Below, one piece after another: positions 9,648 through 19,006 of a stretch of DNA of 64,000 bases; within the stretch, counting starts at the first letter, position 1; every line of letters starts with the position of its first letter. Below the pieces are notes generated by a model. It saw only the letters and a program-made list of their open reading frames with translations. It was not told the DNA's origin and ran no database searches. A program made the position numbers and the translations under genes. Where the stretch lies: NCBI GenBank assembly GCA_965198115.1, contig OZ240241.1, forward strand, positions 7,392,001 through 7,456,000, written 5' to 3'. Source of the stretch: Candidatus Latescibacterota bacterium (GTDB lineage: Bacteria; Latescibacterota; UBA2968).

Positions 9648-10493
9648 CTAAGGTTTCTCGCCGCGCTTCAGGCGGGTCTCGATGTCATCGAGGCACGGGA
9701 TCAGATCCGCGATGCTGTCGACGACGTAGTGCGCGCCTCGCTGATACATCGAGGGATAGATGCGGTCGCGGTGTCTCTGTTTCACATCTTCCGGGTAAGC
9801 CTCCCACTCGCCGAGCTGGACGCCGACCTCGTTTCCGGAGATGGCGAGTCCTACAGCCCAGCACCCGGCGTTAAGGCCCTCTTCAATCCCAGTCAACGTG
9901 TCGTCAACCTTCACCACCGCCTGCACGGGGGAAACGTCGAGCTCCACGATGTTTCGCAGAACCATATGCGGGTAGGGACGGCCACGCGGAACGTCACCTG
10001 CACCGAATGTCGCGTCGGGAACGTAGCCCTGTTTCTCCGCGTCGGCCTGGTTGATGGCCAGCATGCCGGGCAGATAGCCGGACGTGGAGCCGACTTTATA
10101 GCGGCGCTTTCGGCATTCGGCGATGACGTCGAGCGTGCCGGGGATGAGCTGCGAATAGTTGGAGAGACAGGCTTCCTGCATCGGGATGAAATCCTCGAAC
10201 ATCCGTTCGACGTCTGCGTCGGTAGGTTCGGACCCGTGTTTGTCGATCCAACGCTGTCGCACGGTCGGGATCTCGCAGATCAGTCCGATGTGGACTCTTT
10301 TGTGGGCGCCCATCGGAATGCGAGCCTCTTCGATGCTGATCGGGACACCTGCCTTTTCGAAGACCTGACGGAAGACGACGGCCGGCGCCATGCATCCAAA
10401 GTCCATCGTCGTACCGGCCCAATCGAGGATGACGGCGCGGATCGGACCGCGGAAGGCGCGATTGTAGGTGAATTCGCGTTCGTGGGTAAACAT
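9648..10493 (-). CDS. phnX: Phosphonoacetaldehyde hydrolase (phosphonatase)
   Basis: HAD motif DWAGTTMDFG, Schiff-base Lys in PMGAHKRVHI, GRPYP, KVDDT..GIEEG..AG.W. Confidence 0.92.
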   Translation of the reverse strand: MFTHEREFTYNRAFRGPIRAVILDWAGTTMDFGCMAPAVVFRQVFEKAGVPISIEEARIPMGAHKRVHIGLICEIPTVRQRWIDKHGSEPTDADVERMFEDFIPMQEACLSNYSQLIPGTLDVIAECRKRRYKVGSTSGYLPGMLAINQADAEKQGYVPDATFGAGDVPRGRPYPHMVLRNIVELDVSPVQAVVKVDDTLTGIEEGLNAGCWAVGLAISGNEVGVQLGEWEAYPEDVKQRHRDRIYPSMYQRGAHYVVDSIADLIPCLDDIETRLKRGEKP

Positions 10494-10771
10494 GGGAGTG
10501 TTCAAGTTTTCGCTTTCTCTCTCTACCAGGGCTGCGGGCATACGGTCGGTGCTATACAGGTTGTAAGTAGACCCCGCTCAACAGACGCGTGCTCAACCCG
10601 CACCGGTTTCGTACTGGCTGATGGCCAGTAATGGTGACAACCGTCTTTTCCGAGTTCATCTCCACTTTCCTCGGTATGATGTTTTACACGGTTGGAAATC
10701 CCAATCCTACACGATCCGCTCGAGCGGAGAAGCTGAGATCGAAGAGTACTGCGAGCTTCTCGGGCGGAAAC

Positions 10772-10823
10772 CTCGTTCCCAGGCCTGTCCTGAGCTTGTC
10801 GAAGGGCCCTGCCAGGAACGCTC
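10772..10823. repeat. REP-like palindrome CTCGTTCCCAGG...GGAACG carrying a 23-nt inserted module at 10784-10806
   Basis: Removing cctgtcctgagcttgtcgaaggg restores a close match to ctcgttcccaggctctgcctggaaacgctc at 36340-36369. Confidence 0.75.
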
Positions 10824-10832
10824 CTTTGACGT

Positions 10833-11723
10833 CTATACCTCGGGCGTGAGCATGATCTCGCCGGATCGGTGGCGGATCATTTCTCTGGTCGCCACCGTGG
10901 CGTGGATCATGTCCCACTCGCTGATCTCGATGCAGGGGACCGTTTCAACACCGGCCCGGACGAAGCCCTCCGCGTACTGAGTACGGGCGCGCCAGCCCTG
11001 ACCTCCTGCACCGGTCTCCACGCGTACCCGAGCAAACGCCTCGTCCTGCCCCTGGCTGGCGAACAGCGCTTCAGCCCGGAACCGTTGCTCCCGCCACCTG
11101 GAGATGTCGACGTAGAAATCGACATGATCGGGCGAGACGTCGACACCGAGGTAATAGGTGGCGGCGATGATGTGCGCCTGTCTTTGATTTTCGTAATCGG
11201 GGGTCGAGGCCGGCCTGACGCGAGCTTCTAGCGCGGCGACGGCCGTTTCGCGATGATCGTTGATGATGGCGACACCCAGACCGTGGTTGGAGATTCCGGC
11301 TGGCGAGACGGTGCCTGGCGAGTGGGTGATCATGACGTGAGGTCTGACATCGCGGATGATGTCTTCTAGCGCTTCGACAGCTTCTGGCGACCGTGATAGA
11401 CGAAACGGTTCCGGAAAGGGGAGGATTCGGATGTCGGTGACATCGAACAGCGCACAGACTTTCTGGAACTCCTCCGCTTTCTGGGCGGCGTAGGTTTCCG
11501 GCGTCTGCTTCATGATCTCCGGATCCCGTTCGGCCTCGGGTTTACGGAGTTCATCCATGAACGCTTCGTTGTGTTTTCGTCCGCCATCGGTCATGACGAC
11601 GACCGTCACCGAGTCACCCATCTGCCTGTGGATTCCGCATGTTCCGGAACAATGCGTGAAGTCGTGAGGATGGGCGATGACCACGAGGAACCTGAGCGGA
11701 TCTCGATCGGGTTTGCGAGCCAT
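10833..11723 (-). CDS. PIG-L/LmbE family deacetylase
   Basis: FLVVIAHPHD, VVMTDGG, IRDVRPHVMITH, YVDIS..., ALFASQ, YAEGF. Confidence 0.8.
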   Translation of the reverse strand: MARKPDRDPLRFLVVIAHPHDFTHCSGTCGIHRQMGDSVTVVVMTDGGRKHNEAFMDELRKPEAERDPEIMKQTPETYAAQKAEEFQKVCALFDVTDIRILPFPEPFRLSRSPEAVEALEDIIRDVRPHVMITHSPGTVSPAGISNHGLGVAIINDHRETAVAALEARVRPASTPDYENQRQAHIIAATYYLGVDVSPDHVDFYVDISRWREQRFRAEALFASQGQDEAFARVRVETGAGGQGWRARTQYAEGFVRAGVETVPCIEISEWDMIHATVATREMIRHRSGEIMLTPEV

Positions 11724-12346
11724 GCGGATCTCCTGACGGATGAATGATCAGCTGGGAACCAGATAGCGGAGATGATAGGCGTTTCGAAAACCGAGTCGTT
11801 CGTAGAGGCGTCGGGCGCCGCTGTTCGATTGGCTGACGAGGAGAAACGCGGTCTGAGCACCAGCCTCGTGACCGACGTTCAACAGGCCCCGAATGAGTTG
11901 CGTCCCCAGGCCGTGCCCGCGAAGGTCTTCAACGGTGAACAGTTCCGCAAGCTGATAAAGATCATCCTGTTGGACGGCGCGGCCCGAAGAGGTCTCTCGC
12001 CCATCGCTCAGGATTGTTGCGTACCACGTCGGCAGCGTGACACGTGATAAAGATGCGTGCTTCGCCTCAGTCGCGATCGGGTCCGAGTCAGGATCGATCC
12101 GTCTGACCAGATCCGCCCAGCCATCGAGATCGATTTCGGTCACGCTATCGTCGGTGGGGTCTGTGATGTCGCGGACCATGATGATATTTGGATTGACGGT
12201 TTCGTAGCCGCGCTCGGTGAGGTAGGATTCAATGACTTTATTTTCATCCAAGTCGGTCAACCTGAAGTTGCAGGGAAGACCACGTTCCGCGTAGATACGT
12301 TGGCAGGCATCGATCCTGGACTCGAGAGCATCCGGCGGTGCGCTTA

Positions 12347-13637
12347 GGGTTTGCCACGAAATAAGTGCTGCACTTTTCAAGGTAATGATCTTACGCTCGG
12401 AGTGTGGACGTCGAAACTCTCCGAACGAAGTATGAAGCCTTGGCTCCGGTGCTGACGGAACGCACGCGTCGTCTGTGGGCCGCCACGGAAGCCGAAGCGT
12501 TGGGTCACGGTGGGATCGCGATTGTGGCTCTGGCGACAGGAATGTCCAGAGAGCGGATCTTTCGTGGCATTCAGGAGTTGAGGTCGGACGAACCTTTGGA
12601 CCCGGCTCGCATCCGGCGTCCAGGCGGCGGTCGTAAGCGGAAGGCCGACACGGACCCGACGCTGTGGCAGGACCTGAATGATCTGGTCGAGCCAACGACT
12701 GCGGGGTCGCCTGACGACAATCCTCTGAGATGGACATCGAAGAGCACTCGCAAACTGGCCGCCGAGTTGCAAGCGATGGGGCATTCGGTGAGCCCCAGGA
12801 TCGTTGCCAATCTCCTGCACGAACACGATTACACGCTGCAGGCGAATCGGAAGACAAGGGAGGGATCTGCACACCCGGATCGGGACGCTCAGTTCGTTTA
12901 CCTCGATGATCGGATTAGCCAGCAGCAGCAGGGCCTTCCCGTTATCTCGGTGGACACCAAGAAGAAAGAGTTGATCGGCGACTTCAAGAATCCTGGCCGA
13001 GAATGGCGACCCAAGGGAGACCCGGAGCGTGTGAAGGTACACGATTTCATAGTGCCTGCTCAGGGCAAGGCGATCCCTTATGGAGTGTATGATCTGAGCC
13101 GTGATGAAGGCTGGGTAAGTGTCGGTATCGATCACGACACGGCCAGCTTCGCCGTGAATGCGATCCGAAGTTGGTGGAAGAACATGGGACGGCCCGCCTA
13201 CGGCACTTCGACGCATCTGCTAATCACGGCGGACGCAGGCGGCAGCAACGGCGCCAAGACGCGGCTGTGGAAGTGGGAGCTGCAGCGCTTTGCGAATCGC
13301 ACTGGCCTGACGATCACCGTATGCCACTACCCTCCTGGCACTAGTAAGTGGAACAAGATCGAACATCGCCTGTTCTCCTTCATCGCTATGAACTGGCGAG
13401 GCAAGCCCCTGGTCAGCCTGGCTGCAACCGTGAATCTCATTGCCGGAACGACCACTCAAGCCGGTCTCCGAGTACGCTCCGAGATCGACAAGCGACCCTA
13501 CCCTAACGGGGTCAAGGTGACCGATGAACAGATGACCCAAATCGATCTCACTCCGCACGATTTCCACGGCGACTGGAACTACACGATCCGGCCAATGGCT
13601 CAACATTGAGATCGACCGTTTATTTATTCGCGAACCC
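12347..13637 (+). mobile_element. ISAzo13-family insertion sequence, copy 2 (1291 bp)
   Basis: Same IRs and sequence as copy 1; flanked by TTA and TAA. Confidence 0.93.
12404..13609 (+). CDS. ISAzo13-family DDE transposase
   Basis: 401 aa, same motifs as copy 1. Confidence 0.95.
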   Translation: MDVETLRTKYEALAPVLTERTRRLWAATEAEALGHGGIAIVALATGMSRERIFRGIQELRSDEPLDPARIRRPGGGRKRKADTDPTLWQDLNDLVEPTTAGSPDDNPLRWTSKSTRKLAAELQAMGHSVSPRIVANLLHEHDYTLQANRKTREGSAHPDRDAQFVYLDDRISQQQQGLPVISVDTKKKELIGDFKNPGREWRPKGDPERVKVHDFIVPAQGKAIPYGVYDLSRDEGWVSVGIDHDTASFAVNAIRSWWKNMGRPAYGTSTHLLITADAGGSNGAKTRLWKWELQRFANRTGLTITVCHYPPGTSKWNKIEHRLFSFIAMNWRGKPLVSLAATVNLIAGTTTQAGLRVRSEIDKRPYPNGVKVTDEQMTQIDLTPHDFHGDWNYTIRPMAQH

Positions 13638-13846
13638 TAAGCGGCCAGACGGCGTTGGTGTTCCGGCTCTGGCCGGCGGTGAAGCGGAACAGCCAGCCCT
13701 CATCGATGTGGCTCTCCTCAGCGGGGAGCATGTCGGCCGTGGCCATTTCGAGGCGGGGGATGTCGATTTGAGACAAGGGTTCCACCTTCGGTCGAGAGGG
13801 AAGAGGTCAGACGAAGCGAGCGTGTCTGGGTAGACCGGCTCCGTCG

Positions 13847-15859
13847 TCAGGGGTCGCAGTGGATCTCGTGGCCTTCGCCGGGAAACCAGAAGATGTCCGC
13901 GATGACGCCGAGGGTCACGCCGGCCACGTATCCCATGATCATCCCAAGGAACCAAGGCGCATAGTGCCGGTACCGTTCCAGGCCACCGATTTTCATGATG
14001 ATGGATTTGACGCCCCAGATCAGGAAGAGACTGAAGGCATTGTCCTGCATCTCCACCATGGCGCAGATCGTGAAGCCGATTGGGTGGATCGGGAAGTTGA
14101 GGAAGCGGTAGCGTAGATAATAGAGACCTGAGATGAACACACCCCCGCCACCCATAAACAGAACACGGTTCCAGTCCGTGAGGGCGGTGCCTTCGGAGAT
14201 GCGGGAAACGGCGAGTCGACTGAAGCCGGCCCCGTTGAGCGATCCGATTCCCTTGAACGTCGTACGACCGAAGTTGGCACTGCCGACGCCGTAGTAACCC
14301 TGATAGATCGTAAAAGCGACGACGGCCGCTGCTCCAAGGAAACATCCCGCGAGGACGGTCGGGGCAAGAGCTTTACGACTTCGCTTGGCCATGGCCATGC
14401 TGAGTCTGGGCACGTGCGCCATCTGCGTGCAGGCGAATGTTTTGCCGTCGGCGACGAGACTCATGGTGAGTGTCAGGATGGAGGCCCCCGCCGGGCCCAA
14501 ACCACCTGGGCCAAACGCGTGCCAGGTAAAGCCCTGAGCGGTGAGAGGCACGCGCAGGTAGACGAGACCACTTTCGACGACGATGCGGGACATGCCGATG
14601 AAGAGGACAAGCATGGCGAAACACCACGCGAGGATCGGACCCGCTCCCATGCCTGCACTGTAGAGCCAGAGGAAGACGAATGCCGCACAGACGATCAGCA
14701 GGCGAGCAGAGGTCTTGTAGGACATGAGCTCGTCGGAATCGTCCACCGAGTCATCGCCGAGAAACGCCTTGCGAAAGATATCTCTGAAATGTGCCCGTGC
14801 GATCCAGAAGCCCCACAGCACGAACACGGCCATTCCCCCGAAAGTCATCCAACCCATGGCAGGATGGCTCGAGCTGTAGGGGTCGTTCTCACCGAGATCC
14901 AGGCCGAAGCGGTTCATAATTCCGACGATGACGATCTGAACGACGTGGAAGAACCAGAGGCTGAACAGAACCTCAAGCTTGCAGAAGTATCCCAGGCAGA
15001 AAGTGAGAAGTACGAATGTGGTTACAATCGCGGGAAAGCCGGGAGCAACCGCGAGCACGTGTCGGCCGTAGCGTCCGGCAAGGAACGGGAACATCGGGAT
15101 GTTGACGGTAAACCAGGTAAAGACATTCCAGGCGATGATGAGGAAGGTGATCGCAAAAGCCATCTGGAACAGCCGGTTCTTGACGAGTGTCCTCAAGGTT
15201 GCCGTCGTGCCCGAGACACCCGTGAGCTCCAGGAGCGCGATGGCCACGGGGAATGACAGCTTCTCGTATTCCATCCACTGCTTTCGAAGCAAAACGCTTA
15301 GAGACAGGTTGATAATGAGGATCGATCCGATGAACAGTCCCCACCAGGTCAGGACCGAGAACCACTCTCCCCAGGGGAACAGCGTGCCGGGAGACAATCC
15401 CTCGTAGAATCCGCGTACGGCTTCGCGATCCGTGATCGTTGCCCAGCTGGGCATGTGAGGGAGCAGGAGCTCGTCGAATCGGTTCTCAGGCGATGCGTAG
15501 TAAGCCGGCATCGTGAGCATCTGGAGAAACCAGACGGTGAGCCATTCGCCCTGCATCGTGGAAGCGACGAGGCCGATCGAACAGATCGTGAGCAGTTCGG
15601 TGGGTGAGAAGCCGAGACCCCGTCGCTCGAGAAAGGCGTTGATCACAAGCAGCGCCACGAAGGGCACGAGCATGGCCATCGAAAGGTGGGAGTGGTCGGC
15701 TCGGGTAGAGTGAACGACGAAGCTGGTATACGTCGGCCAGAGGGGCATGAAAACGGCAAGCCCCAATCCGATGAAGAGGGATCTCTTGGTTATCAGGGAC
15801 GCACCTTCGACGCGTCCCGTGGTCGGATCTGAGACCAGCGGCCTCGGGTCAGCGGACAA
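13847..15859 (-). CDS. Polytopic membrane protein, DUF6785/DUF6784-like (putative oligopeptide-transporter-like)
   Basis: Many hydrophobic segments; motifs YYASPEN, LRKQWMEYEKLSFP, RIVVESG, FPIHPIGF, W..KSIIMKIGG..YR...P.FLG. Confidence 0.7.
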   Translation of the reverse strand: MSADPRPLVSDPTTGRVEGASLITKRSLFIGLGLAVFMPLWPTYTSFVVHSTRADHSHLSMAMLVPFVALLVINAFLERRGLGFSPTELLTICSIGLVASTMQGEWLTVWFLQMLTMPAYYASPENRFDELLLPHMPSWATITDREAVRGFYEGLSPGTLFPWGEWFSVLTWWGLFIGSILIINLSLSVLLRKQWMEYEKLSFPVAIALLELTGVSGTTATLRTLVKNRLFQMAFAITFLIIAWNVFTWFTVNIPMFPFLAGRYGRHVLAVAPGFPAIVTTFVLLTFCLGYFCKLEVLFSLWFFHVVQIVIVGIMNRFGLDLGENDPYSSSHPAMGWMTFGGMAVFVLWGFWIARAHFRDIFRKAFLGDDSVDDSDELMSYKTSARLLIVCAAFVFLWLYSAGMGAGPILAWCFAMLVLFIGMSRIVVESGLVYLRVPLTAQGFTWHAFGPGGLGPAGASILTLTMSLVADGKTFACTQMAHVPRLSMAMAKRSRKALAPTVLAGCFLGAAAVVAFTIYQGYYGVGSANFGRTTFKGIGSLNGAGFSRLAVSRISEGTALTDWNRVLFMGGGGVFISGLYYLRYRFLNFPIHPIGFTICAMVEMQDNAFSLFLIWGVKSIIMKIGGLERYRHYAPWFLGMIMGYVAGVTLGVIADIFWFPGEGHEIHCDP

Positions 15860-15953
15860 ACGATTTACTCCAAGCGATCGATTTGGTGCAGGGAGGGAGA
15901 AATGTGGTAAGAGCCCTTCAGGAGGTCAATGCCTGAATCGTTATCCTGGTTGA

Positions 15954-17600
15954 TCAGGTTCGAGGGAACCATCCCGGCGGTCTGCGCCACTCACCGTCCG
16001 GGTAATCGTAATCGACCTGGACCTCTACATCAGCGATTTCTACTGGAATTTCGTCGGCTAATTGCGCGTTTCGTTCGGCCAGTCGCACGGTGATCGTGTT
16101 CGTCCCTACGACCGGAAGCTGATTGCTGAGGTCGAATTCGAGCCAAGTGTCCGAATGGGGGTCGTAACCACCAGGGCGCATGGGGTTCGAACACACGAGT
16201 GGCGTACCGTTCAACGTGACCTCGATGCGATCATCAATCGTCAGCTGATCGAGGTGCAGCCAGAGCTTGATCGTCATAAGCCTGGAACGAGAGGCACGCA
16301 GGTCATCGGGGACGTCGATTTGGAGTTCGACGGGGGCGGTTGTCAGTTCCACCGGAATCTGGTGTTCCGACAAGAGACAGTTTTGGAAGGTTTCATTCGC
16401 TTCGTGTGATCGTGTCAAACAAAACAGCTTGTTTTTGTGCTGTAACCGAATCGGATCGGCGATGTCGTCGACGGCCTCTCGGTTGTCGTAGTCGTAAGTG
16501 ATGGCCGTTCCGAAGAAGTTGAAGACGTAGATTCCGTCGACGCCTCGTTTGTGGTGACGTGCCGCAATGCCCCGAATCATTTCGTTGGTAAGGGGGGTCA
16601 TGATCGGCGCGTTGAAGTACCAGCGTCGGAACCCGCTCGTGTGCCCTGCGATATAGCCCTCCTCGATCGTCGGATAGATCTGGACCCCGCTCCCTTTCCC
16701 TAATTCGACCCACTCGGTGACATCTTCCTCCATGTCCTGACCGAAGAAACAAGAGGGTATGACGATGTCCACGAGACCTTCATCGATCCACGCGGGGACG
16801 TCCAATCCGAGACGTCTGCTGCCGGCGATCGTGTTGGGTACGCGCGCGGCGAAGCCGATTGCTCGATCCTTCTCCTGACCGACGCGATCCAGAGCGGCTC
16901 TTGTGTCGCGCATGAACTGGGACATCACGTCCAGTCCGGCTTCCTCCTGGCCGAACCTGAAGTAACCCGGACAGCGCATGAAGTCGAAGAGGAAGCCTGC
17001 GATGTCGTAACGCGTGCACGCTTCGACGGCAATGTCCTTCCGCAGTGAGCGCACCTCCTCGTGCATGAAATCCTGAAACCAGGGCAGGACGCTCCCCAAT
17101 CGGCCCCCCCAGCCCTCTGCGCCCTCATCCCCGATGAGGAATTGGGGATTTCCCTCGTAGAATCGTGACGACTGCAGGTTGATGGCCGTCCCCTTCTCAC
17201 CCCAGTGATGCCAGTCGTTCATGCTGAGCCGGATCCAGTGATCGATTCCAAGACGGTGAGCTTCGGCAACTTCGATCCCGACAGGATCGTGTCCCTCCTC
17301 GTGCAGACGTCGCAAAGTCTCGGCGTGGCGCCACAACTGAACAGTCCCTATGCGGGCACCCCGATTCATGCGATCGACGATGAACTCGGCGTTCTCGATT
17401 TCGGTCGGCCAGGAGAGATTGTAACCGGCGTTACAGCCTGGCGCGCCGACATAGGCATCGACGGGACGGCCTGCGAAAAAGCCGAGGTGCGCCTGGGCGA
17501 CGCGCTCCGGTGTCATGGGGGGATTGTAGAAGCCATATTGGCCAGCGTTCTGGTCCCACATGACGCGGTAACGTTTGTTCAGTCGATTCATCGAGGGCAC
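15954..17600 (-). CDS. GHL10/DUF187-like TIM-barrel protein (paralog 3)
   Basis: RLSMNDWH, DFMHEEVR, YDIAGFLFDFMR, DVPAWIDEGLVDIVIP, GVDGIYVFNF. Confidence 0.75.
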   Translation of the reverse strand: MPSMNRLNKRYRVMWDQNAGQYGFYNPPMTPERVAQAHLGFFAGRPVDAYVGAPGCNAGYNLSWPTEIENAEFIVDRMNRGARIGTVQLWRHAETLRRLHEEGHDPVGIEVAEAHRLGIDHWIRLSMNDWHHWGEKGTAINLQSSRFYEGNPQFLIGDEGAEGWGGRLGSVLPWFQDFMHEEVRSLRKDIAVEACTRYDIAGFLFDFMRCPGYFRFGQEEAGLDVMSQFMRDTRAALDRVGQEKDRAIGFAARVPNTIAGSRRLGLDVPAWIDEGLVDIVIPSCFFGQDMEEDVTEWVELGKGSGVQIYPTIEEGYIAGHTSGFRRWYFNAPIMTPLTNEMIRGIAARHHKRGVDGIYVFNFFGTAITYDYDNREAVDDIADPIRLQHKNKLFCLTRSHEANETFQNCLLSEHQIPVELTTAPVELQIDVPDDLRASRSRLMTIKLWLHLDQLTIDDRIEVTLNGTPLVCSNPMRPGGYDPHSDTWLEFDLSNQLPVVGTNTITVRLAERNAQLADEIPVEIADVEVQVDYDYPDGEWRRPPGWFPRT

Positions 17601-17655
17601 CTAAGAAAAGCCTTCACCGCAGAGGCCGCAGAGAGAAGAACTAAGCAGGGCGAAC

Positions 17656-17709
17656 ATAGGGGTGGGCACCCTTCGACGGCGCTGAGTGCAGGCGCCGGTC
17701 CGCCCGTAC
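17656..17709. repeat. Degenerate GTAG-type REP hairpin containing a 24-nt CCCTTCG module at 17669-17692
   Basis: ataggggtgggca [cccttcgacggcgctgagtgcagg] cgccggtccgcccgtac. Confidence 0.55.
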
Positions 17710-17715
17710 TGAGCG

Positions 17716-18945
17716 TCAGTGACGTTTGCGGATGACGCCTTTAGTTCGGGCGGCGTGGGCCTCGACGAACGCGTGATAGTCGATGTCCTGGGCGAGGTAG
17801 GCCTTGGCGTCGAAGTCCTTGAACCGGTCGGGGGAGAAGATGCTCGCATCGATCTTGGTCTGCCCGTCGAGGACGTACTCCGACAGCAGGAGACCTGCGA
17901 CGGGGTGCCAGCCGAAACCGCCAGAGCAGAAGTTCGTACCGAGGAAGAGACCGGGGAGGCCTTCGACGGGGCCGATGTTGGGCGTCATATCGAGCGGATA
18001 ACTGACCACACCCACACGATGGTAGTCGATCTCGGCGCCTTCCAGGCGGGGGAGGCGATCCTGGATCCTTTCCAGGATGAAGGGCAGGCTGCCAGGCGTG
18101 GGGTCGAGCTGGTCGAGGTGAAAGTCGGGCCCGGGCATATGAATTTGCTCCGGTTCGACTGCGCCACTGCCGAGGAGGATACGATCGTCCTCGGTCGGGC
18201 GATAGTAGACGCCGTTGGCGTCGTCGTTCGTGGCGGGCAGCTGCGGGACGGTGTCGAAAGGCCGAGTGACGAATCGCTCGTGGACATAAGTACGGACGGG
18301 TAGGGGGTGATCGATTCGAGCGAGGAGGGCGTTGCCCCATCCGTTCACCGTACAGACGGTTACGTCGTGTCTCAGCTCTTCGCCTCCGCGGAGGCGCACA
18401 CCGTGCACCCGATTGGTGTCAACCAGGAAGTCTTCGACCACGGCTTCCTCCCGGATCTCGACACCGAGCTCTCGGACCTTCTTCGTCAGGGCCGGTATGT
18501 AGATGTCCGGCTCGCTCCAGCCGCCACGGACGTCGAGGACGCCCGCTTCGGTGTCTTTGACGCGGAGATCCGGGAAGCGCTCCTCAAGATCTTGCCGTCG
18601 TAGTACTTCGAACTTCGCTCCGGCCTCACGTTGCATGTCGTGCAGTGTGGACGCGGTTTCCAGCTGTCCTTGATCATAAAGGCCGAGGCATCCGACCTGA
18701 TGAAAGTTGTAGTCGTCGAGGATTCGGTCGAAGCGCTCAAAAATGTCGAAGCTCACACCGCGTGCGACCGTTGCTGCACGACTCCCCATGAGCATGGTGT
18801 TGACCGCACCCGATCGGCTGCTCGATCCGCTTCCAACGCGGTCTTTCTCGATGAGGGTGACCTTCGCACCGCGCTCGGCGAGATGGAACGAGGCGCTCAG
18901 CCCCGCGAGGCCGGCACCGACGACGAGAACATTTATCTCAGCCAT
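17716..18945 (-). CDS. FAD-dependent oxidoreductase (DAO / sarcosine oxidase beta-like)
   Basis: VVGAGLAG, EKDRVGSGSSSRSGA, D.TPNIGPV, FCSGGFGWHP..G, FSPDRF. Confidence 0.88.
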   Translation of the reverse strand: MAEINVLVVGAGLAGLSASFHLAERGAKVTLIEKDRVGSGSSSRSGAVNTMLMGSRAATVARGVSFDIFERFDRILDDYNFHQVGCLGLYDQGQLETASTLHDMQREAGAKFEVLRRQDLEERFPDLRVKDTEAGVLDVRGGWSEPDIYIPALTKKVRELGVEIREEAVVEDFLVDTNRVHGVRLRGGEELRHDVTVCTVNGWGNALLARIDHPLPVRTYVHERFVTRPFDTVPQLPATNDDANGVYYRPTEDDRILLGSGAVEPEQIHMPGPDFHLDQLDPTPGSLPFILERIQDRLPRLEGAEIDYHRVGVVSYPLDMTPNIGPVEGLPGLFLGTNFCSGGFGWHPVAGLLLSEYVLDGQTKIDASIFSPDRFKDFDAKAYLAQDIDYHAFVEAHAARTKGVIRKRH

Positions 18946-19006
18946 TCGTAATCCTTGGGGAACCAACCACTGAGCACACTGAACACACCGAGGATGGAGA
19001 ATTTCA

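Larger units (their letters stand above)
11748..13776 (-). pseudogene. GNAT acetyltransferase interrupted by ISAzo13 copy 2
   Basis: 5' part from TTG 13776 (MSQIDIPRLE...GWLFRFTAGQSRNTNAVWPL) and 3' part 12343-11748 (SAPPDALESRI...RGHGLG...NSGARRLYERLGF) join in frame as 245 codons when the IS and one 3-nt flank are removed. Confidence 0.88.

Noticed and set aside
9285-10631. Long plus-strand ORFs (448 aa here; also 878-1798, 52026-53030, 59448-60437, 61279-62208)
   Set aside because: Antisense to well-supported genes; expected in high-GC coding DNA and without motifs.
11748-12872. 374-aa ORF MQIPPLSSDS...GNAT
   Set aside because: Chimera of the IS antisense frame and the 3' half of the interrupted GNAT gene.
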